Below, piece after piece: positions 15,831 through 26,902 of a stretch of DNA of 64,000 nucleotides; position 1 is the stretch's first letter; each line of letters starts with the position of its first letter. The notes under the pieces are model-generated. The model saw nothing but the letters and a program-made list of their open reading frames with translations. It was not told the DNA's origin and did not search any database. Both the position numbers and the translations under genes were made by a program. Source of the stretch: the human T2T-CHM13v2.0 reference genome, Homo sapiens; NCBI RefSeq assembly GCF_009914755.1, contig NC_060933.1; one strand, given 5' to 3'.

Positions 15831-15871
15831 TTGTGATGTATGTACAGGACTAACACTGAGACCTAGTTATG

Positions 15872-16339
15872 TAATGGTGTAGTAATGAGTATCATCCCCA
15901 AATAGTGAGGTTTCATTCCAAGAAGACTATGCATGTATCTCATTTGGGAAAACAGCTTTTGCAGGTGTAAATTAAGGAGCTTGAAACAGGGAGATGGTCT
16001 TAGATTAATCAACTGGGACTTAAATGCAAACTCAAGTGTCCTAATAAAAACAAGAGGTAGAGAGACATTTAGCATAGACTGAAGTGGAGAAGGCAGTGTG
16101 AACACAGAGACAGAGATTGCAGTGATGTGTCCACATCCCGGGAGAGAGAAGCCACCAGAAGCTGGAAGAGCTAAATCAGACTGCTCCCTAGAGCTTCAGA
16201 AGGAGCCAGTACTGATGACTCCAAGATCTTAGCCCAGTGAAACTGATCTGGACTTCTGAACTATGAGAGATTCCATTCCTGTTGTTTGAAGCTACCACAT
16301 TTTTGAGAACTTGTTACAGTAGCCCGAGGACACTAACAC
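15872..16339 (+). mobile_element. MaLR MLT1 (C/D-type) solo LTR
   Basis: tttgcaggtgtaaattaagg...gaagccaccagaagctggaagag...ttgttacagtagccc...actaacaca. Confidence 0.8.
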
Positions 16340-16689
16340 AAATGGGGCTCTGGGAAAATCCAGACTAAAGGTGTTGTGTTGGTTTGCAATCTCCTTGCTT
16401 AACTTTCTGATACTAGACGTAAATAGATTGGTGAAAAATTTTGTGATTGAAGAAATGTACATGAAACCTACAGTGTACAGAGAAGCATCTGTTAGTTATA
16501 AGATAAATATTGATAATTTTAGTTGAAAATGACATATGACTGTTAATATCTCACATAACATTCTGAGTTACTCAAGAATGCATAAAAGGGACACTAGATA
16601 CTCTTCTCATGTATGTGTGTGTGTCTGTCTATACATGTATGTACACTTCATGGTGTATCAGCTGGCGGAACCCTCAGGACACCCCTTCA

Positions 16690-16812
16690 CATCCTCAGTG
16701 CCCCATTTCATACATGAGGAAACTGTTCATGACAGCACATGGCTGATTTGCATAAAAATCACTTGGTCAGCAGTTGTTGAAGCTGAACTTGGAATCTAGG
16801 TCTGTCTGACCT
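16690..16812 (+). mobile_element. MIR remnant
   Basis: cccatttcatacatgaggaaactg...gaatctaggtctgtctgac resembles the MIR core/3' end. Confidence 0.55.
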
Positions 16813-17129
16813 TAACTATGTTCCTTCCACAGAGCCACGTTCATTCCATAGAGGAACCCACCACCTATAAAACCAGAAAAGAGACAAAGCCAGAAGTGCA
16901 GGGTGGATTTCTTAACACAAGCTCACTGCGACCTCTACTCCTCATCACGCTGACACTAAGCTTAAACCCAGACCCTTCTACAGTTTTGTCTACAAAGCAC
17001 AATTTGCCCAAAGCCTTTACAAACACCAACAGCCTTTCTTTCAGATATGGCAGAGGGTCACATCTTACACGGCCCTGACCACATTTTGTCTCCTCTGCCA
17101 TCCCCATCTCTCTGACTCAGTCCTCGCTT

Positions 17130-17473
17130 GCAGCCATAAAAAAGGATGAGTTCATGTCCTTTGTAGGGACATGGATGAAGCTGGAAACCATCATTCTCAG
17201 CAAACTATCACAAGGACAAAGAAACCAATCACTGCATGTTCTCACTCACAGGTGGGAATTGAACAATGAGAACACATGGACACAGGAAGGGGAACATCAC
17301 ACACCAGGGCCTGTCGTGGGGTGGGGGGAGGGGTGAGGGGGGAGGGATAGCATTAGGAGGTACACCTAATGTAAATGATGAGTTAATGGGTGCAGCACAC
17401 CAACATGGCTCATGTATACATATGTAACAAACCTGCACGTTGTGCACATGTACCCTAGAACTTAAAGAACAAC

Positions 17474-17515
<42 letters not shown>
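17130..17515 (+). mobile_element. L1PA 3' end (5'-truncated) with (AAT)n tail
   Basis: gcagccataaaaaaggatgagttcatgtcc...gtaccctagaacttaaag is the canonical L1PA 3' UTR. Confidence 0.95.
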
Positions 17516-17516
<1 letters not shown>

Positions 17517-17814
17517 GGTCTTGTACATCTAATTTGCCCTACAAATGTTAAAACAGCAAACCCGCATCCCCTTCCTCTTCTCATGTGCTGTGAGGGATGA
17601 CCTCCAGGCTCTCAGATACCAAGATTGTACAAGACCTAACCCAGAGAATTACTCAAGACACTTTCTACGTAAGAAGAATTGTGGTGCTAGCTCTCCTCAT
17701 AGAAAAATGTTTTCTGTCTCTTGTTGAAATTGACAGCAAACACAAAAACACAGAACTATTTGGGAGAACAGAGGACAGTGATACACTAGGGAAGTAAAAC
17801 ACACCCCTTCCCCT

Positions 17815-18275
17815 TGCATTGGTTTCCTGTTGCTGCTGTAACAAATTACCACAACCTTACTGCTCCCCATAACACAAGTGTATTATCTTACATTTCTGGA
17901 GGTCAGAAGTCTCAATGAAGTAAAATCAAGGAGTAATAGGGCTCTATTCATTCTAGGCTTCAAGAGAGAGAATCCAATATCGAGCATTCCATCTTTCTGA
18001 TGTTCCCACATTCCTAGCAGCATGGCCCCTTCCTCCATCACTCCAGTTTCCCTGTCCGTTGTCCCAGGTCCTCTCTGGCTGTTACCTTCCTCCTTCCCTA
18101 TTATAAGGACCCTTGTGATTATGATGGTCTCACCCAGATCATTCAGGATACTCTCCTGACCCCCAAATTCTCAACCATGTCTGCCAAGTTATTTTTGACA
18201 TATTCATAAGTAATGATCATAGATTCCAGATATTAGGACAATGATGTCTTTAGTGGGTGTATTATTCATTCCACA
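17815..18275 (-). mobile_element. MaLR MLT1 LTR
   Basis: tgcattggtttcctgttgctgctgtaacaaattaccacaa...ttataaggacccttgtgatta. Confidence 0.75.
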
Positions 18276-19198
18276 AACAACCCTCATCATCCACACAATG
18301 GTCTTCCCCTAAGGTAGAATAAAAATATCACAAGGCAGATTTACGAGGCGATCGACCTAGAAAAAACCTGAGAATCTAGGACTGTCTGATGTGTGGATGT
18401 CAAATCCTGGGAGATTCTGAGTCTCTGCTCTATGTGGACTCTATGTTGTGTAGCCATTTGTGGAAGGCTTCTGTGATTTTGTGACCTAGAGAAAATGAAT
18501 CTCTGCTAAAATCAAATCTAAGAAAGATTGGCAAAGGGAATTTAAAGATTTCCTAAATTTTTGGAATTTCCCTATGCATTAAAGCATGAGAAGTGGCAAT
18601 AATTCAAACCAATGATGCCCTCCAAGAATGAGGATTTTTCCAATGCATTAGGTTGGGTCCCCTCAGTGAGAAGGATGCCAAAGATTCGCATGCAGGCAGT
18701 ATATTTACAAAGTGCAGGAAACAAGCAAATGAGCAAGGGAGGGGAGGAGGGAAAGGGAAAGTGAAAGGTGCCTCAGAAGGAGCCACCTCTGAGGATGACG
18801 AGAGCTCAAGCCCACATAGAAACACAGGAAAAATGCCTCTGTTATTCCACCTGAGAGGTGAGGGAGCTGCGGGATGTGTACACCTCCCTTGTCATCACTG
18901 ATTGACAGCCGTCCTAGGGGATGCTAATTCCAGGCCATGAGGTCTGCCTCATTTGCAGCCTGAGCTGCTTCCCCAGGTTCAGACAGAGCAGTGAAGGGGA
19001 GAAAGGGCCATAGAGAGTCAGCTGAAGTATAATGACTAGAATCCCCAAGGCGTAGTAACAATGACTGCTAAAATTATGCACAAAGAAAAAGCGCATTTGA
19101 ATCCAGAGATGTATCTCTCTGAATCTGGATATATGGATCCTGGCAGCCTGTTCAGTAGCCATTTCCCAGAAATCCAGTTCTCTGGAAAAGCAGCAGGA

Positions 19199-19637
19199 GG
19201 TTTGTGCACAGGCTGCACTACCTTGGTCTGGCCACTGGTAGTCGTGCATGAGAACTACTTCCTGGAGTATTTCTCAGTCCACTGACACTGATGTAATTGG
19301 CTCCACTTCCCCTGCTGTTGAGCCAGGCCGACACGCCCTGGGCAAAGGCATCTGTGTGAAGTATTGAGGTTCAAATCAGTGCTTAAGATATGTTTGGAGG
19401 CAAAATACTTTTTCATCTACATGGGCAGTGTCTTGGCAGAAGATGGAGATTCTCTCTAAATGGATGTGAGACAGGGTGGCTGGCATCTGGGTCAGGATGA
19501 TGCCCTGGTGCATGGCAAGAACATGCATTGGGCAGCAGCTGCCCTCGCTAAGCAGAGAGGTTCACTGACCTGGCTTTTCCCCCCTCACCTGCTCTCCAGA
19601 AAGCCAGACTCTAGGGCAGATGCTCCTGAGACCCCAG
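19199..19637 (-). pseudogene. Decayed immunoglobulin kappa V-gene relic (leader + V exon + RSS remnant)
   Basis: Minus strand: 49-nt leader exon 19637-19589 (CTG GGG TCT CAG...TGG AGA GCA G|gtgagg). V from 19504 reads GIILTQMPATLSHIHLERISIFC with Cys at position 23 and TGC at the Trp35 position. After a frameshift: AQGVSAWLNSRGSGANYISVSGL. CDR3-like MHDYQWP, then nonamer-like GCACAAACC at 19207-19199. Confidence 0.8.
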
Positions 19638-20475
19638 GAACAGGCTGGTGGGGAGCGCAGCTCAGAGCATTACTCAAGGGATGTGGCCTTTGTCATCCTA
19701 CTTTGAAACAATTGATTATTTGAGCCTACATTGATAGAGGGCTTCAAGTTGATTTTAATCCTGGCTCCTATAGTCCGCGAGTGAAACAGAGATTTTGAAA
19801 TAATGAGACCTGGTATTACTAGTCAGCTCTCCATGCTGGAGAACCATAAGAAATTATACCAAAGGCAGGAAAGGGGATAGAATATGGGGATCATCACGCC
19901 AAGAATAAGGTGCAGCCCATTTAGCCCCTGGGTCTTAAAGAGACCCATAGCTCTGGATAATGGCAGATCTATGCGTGACACATTATCATCTTTGTGCATC
20001 TTCAGAGAATTGTTTTTCCTTTTACTCCTAGGAACAATGTCTTAAGTTTGTTAGTAAATTCTATTGAATTTATTAAAGATGCTTCTGATAAATTCTTTTT
20101 ATATTCATTTCAAAAAAGAAGCAATTTCACACTGACAGAGACATTGTTATTATAGCACTAAATACTTTTACACTCATCAAATTCCTTTGAGACTAACTGA
20201 AATTTCTGACAGCCCCACACTCTATAACTTTATTGTAAATTTTCTGCCAAAAATGATGCTTTCCTATACACTCTTAATACAAGTATAAATATATTATTTA
20301 ATCTAGTCTTAGGTTGATTTAAAATTTTGAAAATTCACTCCAAAAATATGTTCTGTAACCATATGGCCACCAATGAGAAGTGTACTCTTTCAAGGTAAAT
20401 CTGTGCTGCCCTGGTCTGACCTGGGACTCTGGGGATACTGCGCCCGTGTGCTGAGTTACTGAGATGAGCCAGCCC

Positions 20476-20560
20476 TGCAGCTGTGCTCAGCCTGCCCCAT
20501 CCCCTGCTGATTTGCCTGTTCCTAGAGCACAGCCCCCTGCCCTGAAGACTTCTTATAGGC
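20476..20560 (+). promoter_or_regulatory. V-kappa promoter: pentadecamer, mutated octamer/decamer, TATA-like box
   Basis: TGCAGCTGTGCTCAG at 20476-20490; TGATTTGCCT at 20508-20517 (octamer ATTTGCAT>ATTTGCCT); TTATAGG at ~20553. Confidence 0.85.
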
Positions 20561-20603
20561 TGGCCACACCTGGTGCAGGAGTCAGCCCCAGTCAGGACAC
20601 AGC

Positions 20604-21098
20604 ACGGACGTGAGGGCCCCCACTCAGCTCCTGGGGCTCCTGGGGCTCCTGGGGCTCCTGGGGCTCTGGCTGCCAGGTAAGGAAGGAGAACACTAGGATT
20701 ATACTCGGTCAGTGTGCTCAGTACTGTCTGGAACTTCAGGGAAGTCCTCTGATAACATGATTAATTGCAAGAATATTTGTTTTTATGTTTCTAACTTCAG
20801 GTGCCAGATGTGACATCCAGATGACCCAGTCTCCATCCTCCCTGTCTGCATCTGTAGGAGGCAGAGTCACCATCACTTGCCGGGCGAGTCAGGGCATTAG
20901 CAATAATTTAAATTGGTATCAGCAGAAACCAAGGAAAACTCCTAAGCTCCTGATCTATGCTGCATCCAGTCTGCAAAGTGGGATTCCCTCTCGGTTCAGT
21001 GACAGTGGATCTGGGACAGATTACACTCTCACCATCAGCAGCCTGCAGCCTGAAGATTTTGCAACTTATTACTGTCAACAGAGTGACAGTAACCCTCC
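20604..21098 (+). pseudogene. IGKV1-subgroup orphon (IGKV1OR family), start codons lost, V exon open
   Basis: Leader exon 20604-20676 (ACG GAC GTG replaces ATG GAC ATG), GT-AG intron 20677-20800, V exon 20801-21098 encoding [27 protein letters not shown]...W...[10 protein letters not shown]. No J or C segment in the window. The exact paralog cannot be named by eye. Confidence 0.95.
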
Positions 21099-21126
21099 CA
21101 CAGTGTTACAAGTCATAACATAAACC
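21099..21126 (+). other. 12-bp-spacer recombination signal sequence (RSS)
   Basis: CACAGTG (21099-21105) + ttacaagtcata (12 nt) + ACATAAACC (21118-21126). Confidence 0.95.
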
Positions 21127-22084
21127 CCAAGGAAGCAGATGTGTGAGGCTGGGCTGCCCCAATGCTCCTTCTGGTGCCTCTATCTGCTGAGGGAAGTTCT
21201 CAAACTCAGTCAGGTTTGGAAAGTCATCGGGAGATTTTCCTAGAGGAGGCCAGGGAGGTTCCTCTGAACGCTAAGCCTCTTTCGCCCTCATCCCCAACAG
21301 AAAAGACGTGACAATGCCTGTCCTGACTGAATAAAGAAGAGAGATAAGTCCAGCTGAGGAGTCTGTGTTATGGGATAATCGGAATTTGTACAGCAAAAGA
21401 GAAGCTATTCTCAGTATTTCAAGGAGAAATTATTCAAGTTGAATAAATTAGAGTCTAAACCACAGTCTTTCCGAAGCCTATGGAGTGTTATTCATGAAGC
21501 AGGTACTAGACACAGGGGATTCTCAGGTGCTACTTCAGAAGCCAGGATGCACCTGCCCCTGGTGGTATGTGCTGAACACCGTGTGATGATCCTCAGTCCT
21601 GTCTGGGAAGCCCAGGGCTGGGGGTGCTGATGCTCTCAGCTGCCTGCAGCACATCTCCAGGTGATTCTCCAGTCCACACCTAACTGCATGTGTTTTACTT
21701 CAGGTGTCAGTGTACATGAATCCACCACTCTGACTTCCCAATCTCATGACAGTAATTAGTTGTAACTTATCGTAACCTCATGGAGCAACTCTAAAGAAAC
21801 CATAGAGAGAAAAGGAGTTTTGGAAAATGTGCTCCCGGAAGTGATAGTAATGATGGGGAATTGACAGCTGACGGGGAAGTAAGGTGACTCTTTCCACAAG
21901 GCTCAACATTTTGCCAGTTATGAATTGTTGTAAAATACATTTGAATGTGCTTTCAAGTACTACCAGTTTGGGGTCATAGCTGAAAAACTTTATTAAGTCA
22001 CAGATAAAATGGGAAAATCAGGAATATTTTATATTGTATGAAATATACAATAACACTGTGTGTGATGGCTCAGGTCTGTAATCC

Positions 22085-22526
22085 TGTGATAGTTAATACT
22101 GATTGTCAACTTGATTACATTGAAGGATGTAAGCATTGCTCCTGGGTGTGTCTGTGAGGGTGTTGCCAAAGGAGATTAATATTTGAGTCAGTAGTCTGGG
22201 GAAGGCAGACCCCTACTTAATCTATGGGCACCATTTAATCAGCTGCCAGTGAATATAAAGCAGGCAGAAAAAAGTGAAAAATTGAGTCTGGCCCAGCCTC
22301 CCAGCCTACATCTCTCTCCTGTGCTGGATGCTTCCTACCCTTGAACATCGGACTCCAAGTTCTTTAGTTTTGAGGCTCGAGCTAGCTCTCCTTACTCCTC
22401 ACTCCTCATGCCTGCAGACAGCCTACTGTGGGACCTTGTGATCCTGTAAGTTAATATGTAATAAACCCATATATATATATATAGAACTTATTAGTTCTGT
22501 CCCTCTAGAGAACCCTCATTAATACA
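22085..22526 (+). mobile_element. MLT2A-type 5' LTR of HERV-L
   Basis: tgtgatagttaatactgattgtcaacttgatt...ttagttctgtccctctagagaaccctcattaataca, followed by gattttggtaccagg (PBS region). Confidence 0.92.
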
Positions 22527-25500
22527 GATTTTGGTACCAGGAATGGTTCTGCAGGATCAGAATATTAAGGTTGGAGTTCTTTTGTTGGTTTTGGGGTTTC
22601 TGGATTTGGCTGCTAAATATGATTAGATCCCAAAATGCTAAGGACTCTACTTTTAATAGTGTAGAGAATATTGACAGTTCTTGGCATGAAAGGTTTAAAG
22701 AGCTACGCAAAACAAATTCATTTGACACTAATGAATCATCGCTCATGAGAGGCAAGGAGTTTAGTGACTCTGTACCTAATACCCTTGACAAACACCTTGC
22801 AAAACAGATTTGTGAGGACAGCACCTGCATCTTTGAAGAGCCCTGTAAAGGCTCTTCTCTGTATGTCAGATCTAATGGTGAGAACTGCAGTCACTCAGTT
22901 ACAAAAGTTAAATACAATTTGGAATAATTGGATCCTGAAGTGGCAGGGGCCAAGTGGTAGCACTCAACCCTCAAAGGCACGGTGGGCATAGCTACCGTAA
23001 TGGGCAGAAAAGACAAAGCAGCAATCTGAACAGTCTGACTCATGTAGAGCTCTGGCATTGGCTAACTAATCACAGTGTTCCTGGAAGTGAAACTGACAGG
23101 AAGACTAATGCATTCCTACTTAATTTATGTAAGGAGGAAACTTAAGGTCAAACAGATAAAAGACTAACTGGAATCATAAAAACAGAGATTCATGGCCCCT
23201 CAATCAATTTCCAGCCTTGAGCCAGTTTACAGACCCAGAACCCCTTGAATGAAGGGGAGGCTGGGTCCCCCTGAGGTGTCCATGGCAGATAGGAATGCTG
23301 CTTTGAGGCTTTGGCAGGCCTCCATAGGTGAATCATGGTGGAGGCCTCTAGTATTTTGCAGCAAGGCCCGGTCATCTTCTCCAGTTAACTACTCTCCTTT
23401 TGAGAGACAGCTCTTGTCCTATACTGGGCTTTTGTGGAAACTGAACATTTGACTATGAGTCAACAAGTCACTATGCGACCTGAACTGCCTATCGTGAACT
23501 GGGTGCTTTCTGACTCATGTAGCCATAAAGTGGGTCATGCACAGCAGCATTCCATCATCAAATGGAAATGGTGTATAAGTGATTGGGCTCAAGCAGGTCC
23601 TGGGGGGCACAAGTAAGTTACATGAGGAAGTGGCTCAAATGCCCATGGTCTCTACTCCTGCCACCCTGCCTTCTCTCCCATGGCCTGCACTGATGACCTC
23701 ATGGGGACTTGCCTTTGAGCAGTTGACACAGGAAGGGAGGACTAGGGCCTGGTTCACAGATGGTTCTCCACAATAGGCAGGTACTGCCCAAAAGTGGACA
23801 GCTGAAGCACTACAGCCCCTTTCTAGGACATCCCTGAAGGACAGTGGTGAAGGACAATCTTCCCAGTGGGCAGAACATTGAGCAGTGCACCTGATTGTGC
23901 ACTTTGCATGGAAGGAGAAATTTCAGATGTGCGGTTATATACTGATTCATGGGCTGTAGCCAATGGTTTGGCTGGATGGTCAGGGACTTGGAAGAAGCAT
24001 GATTGGAAAATTGGTGACAAAGAAACTTGGAGAAAGAGTATGTAGATGGACCTCTCTGAGTGGTCAAAAACTGAAGATATTTGTACCCTGTGTGAGTGTT
24101 GACCAACAAGTGACTTCAGCAGAGGAGGATTTTGATAATCAAGTGGATAAGATGACCCGTTCTGTGGATACCACTCAGCCTCTTTCCTCAGACACCCCTG
24201 TCATTGTCCAATAAGCCCATGATCATAGTGGCCATGGTGGCAGGGATGGAGGTTATGCATGGATTCAGCAATGTGGACTTCCACTCACCAAGGCTGAACT
24301 GTCTGTGGCCACTGCTGAGTGCCCAATTTGCCAGCAGCAGCAGAGACTAACAGTGAACCCTTTGTATGGCATCATTTCCTGGGGTGATCGACCAGCTACC
24401 CGGTAGCAGGTTGATCATATTGGAACTCTTCCACCATGGAAAGGAGAGAGGTTTGTCCTCATTGGAACAGGCACTTACTCAGGATATGGGTTTGCCTACC
24501 TGCATGCAATGCTTCTGCCAAGACTACCATTTATGGACTCAAGGAATGCCTTATCCACTATCACGGTATTCCACACAGCATTACCTTTGACCAAGCACTC
24601 ACTTTACAGGTAAAGAAGTGAGGCAGTGGGCTCATGCTCACGGAATTCACTGGTCTTACCATATTCCCCATCTTCCTGAAGCAGCTGGATTGATAGAATG
24701 GTGGGACGGCCTTTTGAGGTCGCGATTACAACATCAACTAGGTTGCAATACTTTGCCGGGCCGGGGCACCATACTCCAGAAGACCATGTGTGCTCTGAAT
24801 CAGCGCCCAATGTATGGTATTGTTTCTCCCATAGCCAGGATTCACAGATCCAGGATTCAAGGGGTGGATGTGAAAGTGGAACCACTCACTATGATGCACT
24901 AGCAAAATGTTTGCTTTCTGTTCCCACGACATTAGGTTCTGCTTTACTAGTCATCTTAACTCCAGAGGGAAGAACGCTGCTACCAGGAGACACAATAACG
25001 ATTCCATTAAACTGGAAGTTAAGATGGCCACTTGGATGCTTTGGGGTCCTCCTACCTTTAAGTCAACAAGCTAAGAATGGAGTTACAGTGTTGGCGGCAG
25101 TGATTGACCCAGACTATCAAGATGAAGTCAGTCCGCTACTCCACAATGGAAGTGAGGAAGAGTATGCATGGAATATAGGAGATCCATTAGGGCGTCTCTT
25201 GGTATTATCATGCACTCTGATTAAGGTAAATGGGAAACTATACCCAATCCAGGTAGGACTACAAACGGTCCAGATCCTCTCCGGGTCACAACCTGCTGAG
25301 GTGCTTGCTGAAGGCAAAGGGAATACAGAATGAATAGTGGAATAAAGTAGTTATCAATACCAGCTACAACCACCTGACCAGCTGCAGAAATGAGGACTGG
25401 AACTATCATGAGTATTTCCTTCTTTTGTTAAAAACATGTTTGTGCATGTATGCACTTGTACTAAGAAAATATCTTCATTTCATTTCCCTTTTCTTTATCA

Positions 25501-25708
25501 GGTGACATAGATTTGCTGACCTCATATCAGCATTTAAGTATTGTTTACTTTATGTAAGAGTATTTGGGTTGGGGATGGGTGCATTTCCAGTTGTAGGAAG
25601 GATAGTTTATTATGTTAGGGGTAATTATGACCTTACTATTGTCTGTATTTTAAGATTATGTATGATCTCAGGAGATGTGTGTGGGTTCAAGTTCACAAGG
25701 GGTGGGCT
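22527..25708 (+). mobile_element. HERV-L internal region, deleted and defective (gag, RNaseH, integrase and dUTPase remnants)
   Basis: ORF fragments match ERV-L proteins: gag (LLNMIRSQNAKDS), RNaseH (AWFTDGS), integrase (HHCC region ~24215-24335; WSYHIPHLPEAAGLIEWWDGLL), dUTPase (LLPGDTITIPLNWKLR...VIDPDYQDE); PPT aaggggtgggct before the 3' LTR; many stops and frameshifts. Confidence 0.92.
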
Positions 25709-26629
25709 TGTGATGGTTAATAATGAGTGTCAACTTGATTGGATTGAAGGATGTAAAGTATTCATCCTGGGTGTGTCTGTGAGGGTGTTGCCAAAAAAAA
25801 TTAACATGTGAGTCAGTGGGCTGGGAAAGGCAGACCCACCCTTAATCTTTGTGGGCACAATCCAATCAGCTGCCAACCCAGCCATACTATAAGCAGGCAG
25901 AAAAATGTGAAAAGAGACGGGCCTCACCTCCCAGCCTACATCTTTCTCCCATGCTGGATGCTTCTTGCCCTCGAACATGGACTCCAAGTTCTTCAGTTTT
26001 GGAACTCTGGCTGGCTCTTTTTGCTCCTCATCCAGCAGATGGCCTATTGTGAGACTTGGTGATTGTGTGAGTTAATACTTAATAAACTTCCTGTATTAGC
26101 CAGTGACATCTAGAGGGACAGAACTAACAGGATATATACATATATATATACATACGCACACACATACATATATATGCACACACACACACACACACATATA
26201 TATTTATTTATAAAGGGGAGTTTATTAACTTACAGGATCATAAGTTACACAGTGGGCTGTCTGCAAACTGATGAGAAAGGAGAGCCATGGAGTCCAATGT
26301 TTGAGGGCAGGAAGAAACCAGCATGGGAGAAAGATGTAGGCTGGGAAGCTAGGCCAGTCTCTCCTTTTCAAATTTTTCTGCCTGCTTTATATTTGCTGGC
26401 AGCAGATTAGATTGTGCCCACCAGATTAAGGGTGGGTCTGCCTTCCCCAGCCCACTGACTCAAATGTTAATCTCTTTTGGCAACACTCTCACAGACACAC
26501 CCTGGATCAATACTTCATATCCCTCAATCCTATCAAGTTGACACTCATTATTAACCATCTCACTCCCCTTCATATATATATGTATATAGTCCTTTAATTC
26601 TGTCAGTCTAGAGAACCCTGACTAATACA
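25709..26629 (+). mobile_element. MLT2A-type 3' LTR split by a nested inverted LTR
   Basis: Starts tgtgatggttaataatgagtgtcaac, runs to aataaacttcc (26091), resumes at 26563 and ends gagaaccctgactaataca (26629). Confidence 0.9.
26092..26562 (-). mobile_element. MLT2A-type solo LTR, antisense, nested in the 3' LTR
   Basis: tgtattagc...tctagagggacagaactaa at the left and gttgacactcattattaaccatctca at the right are reverse complements of the LTR ends; flanks cttcc/ctccc resemble a 5-bp TSD. Confidence 0.9.
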
Positions 26630-26803
26630 TCTACACTTCTGATGATCTATTTCTTTTATTTTAGGTCATTTATTTCCCCTGGGTTGCCTACACTCGCTTC
26701 TTCCCACTCCCCTATGAAGGATAATATAAGCCTCTGGACCTCACTAGGTCAGGGCATGTCCCTGCTTGCACTATCCATGACACTTTCCTCTTTTACTCTT
26801 TAG

Positions 26804-26902
26804 CAATGAGGGAATGTCATCCTTACCCAGATGCCAGCCACCTGTCTCACATCCAGGACAGAGAGTCTCCATCTCCCCTCCAGCAAATACCCATGTATGT
26901 GG
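26804..26902 (+). pseudogene. Second V-kappa relic (FR1 fragment), truncated at an Alu fragment
   Basis: Polypyrimidine+AG (ttttactctttag), then AAT GTC ATC CTT ACC CAG ATG CCA GCC...cca gga cag aga gtc tcc atc tcc; 38/40 match to the reverse complement of the 19.5-kb relic core. Confidence 0.7.

Noticed and set aside
20785-21123. 112-aa ORF as a functional kappa chain gene
   Set aside because: Its ATG is intronic, the true starts are mutated, it is unrearranged, and no J or C segment is present.
21690-21715. tgttttacttcag|gtgtcagtgt resembling an IGHV leader-intron acceptor
   Set aside because: No V framework or RSS follows; too short to distinguish from chance.
24698-25333. 211-aa ORF as a domesticated dUTPase
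   Set aside because: A frameshifted HERV-L integrase/dUTPase junction in a provirus full of stops; no sign of conservation.
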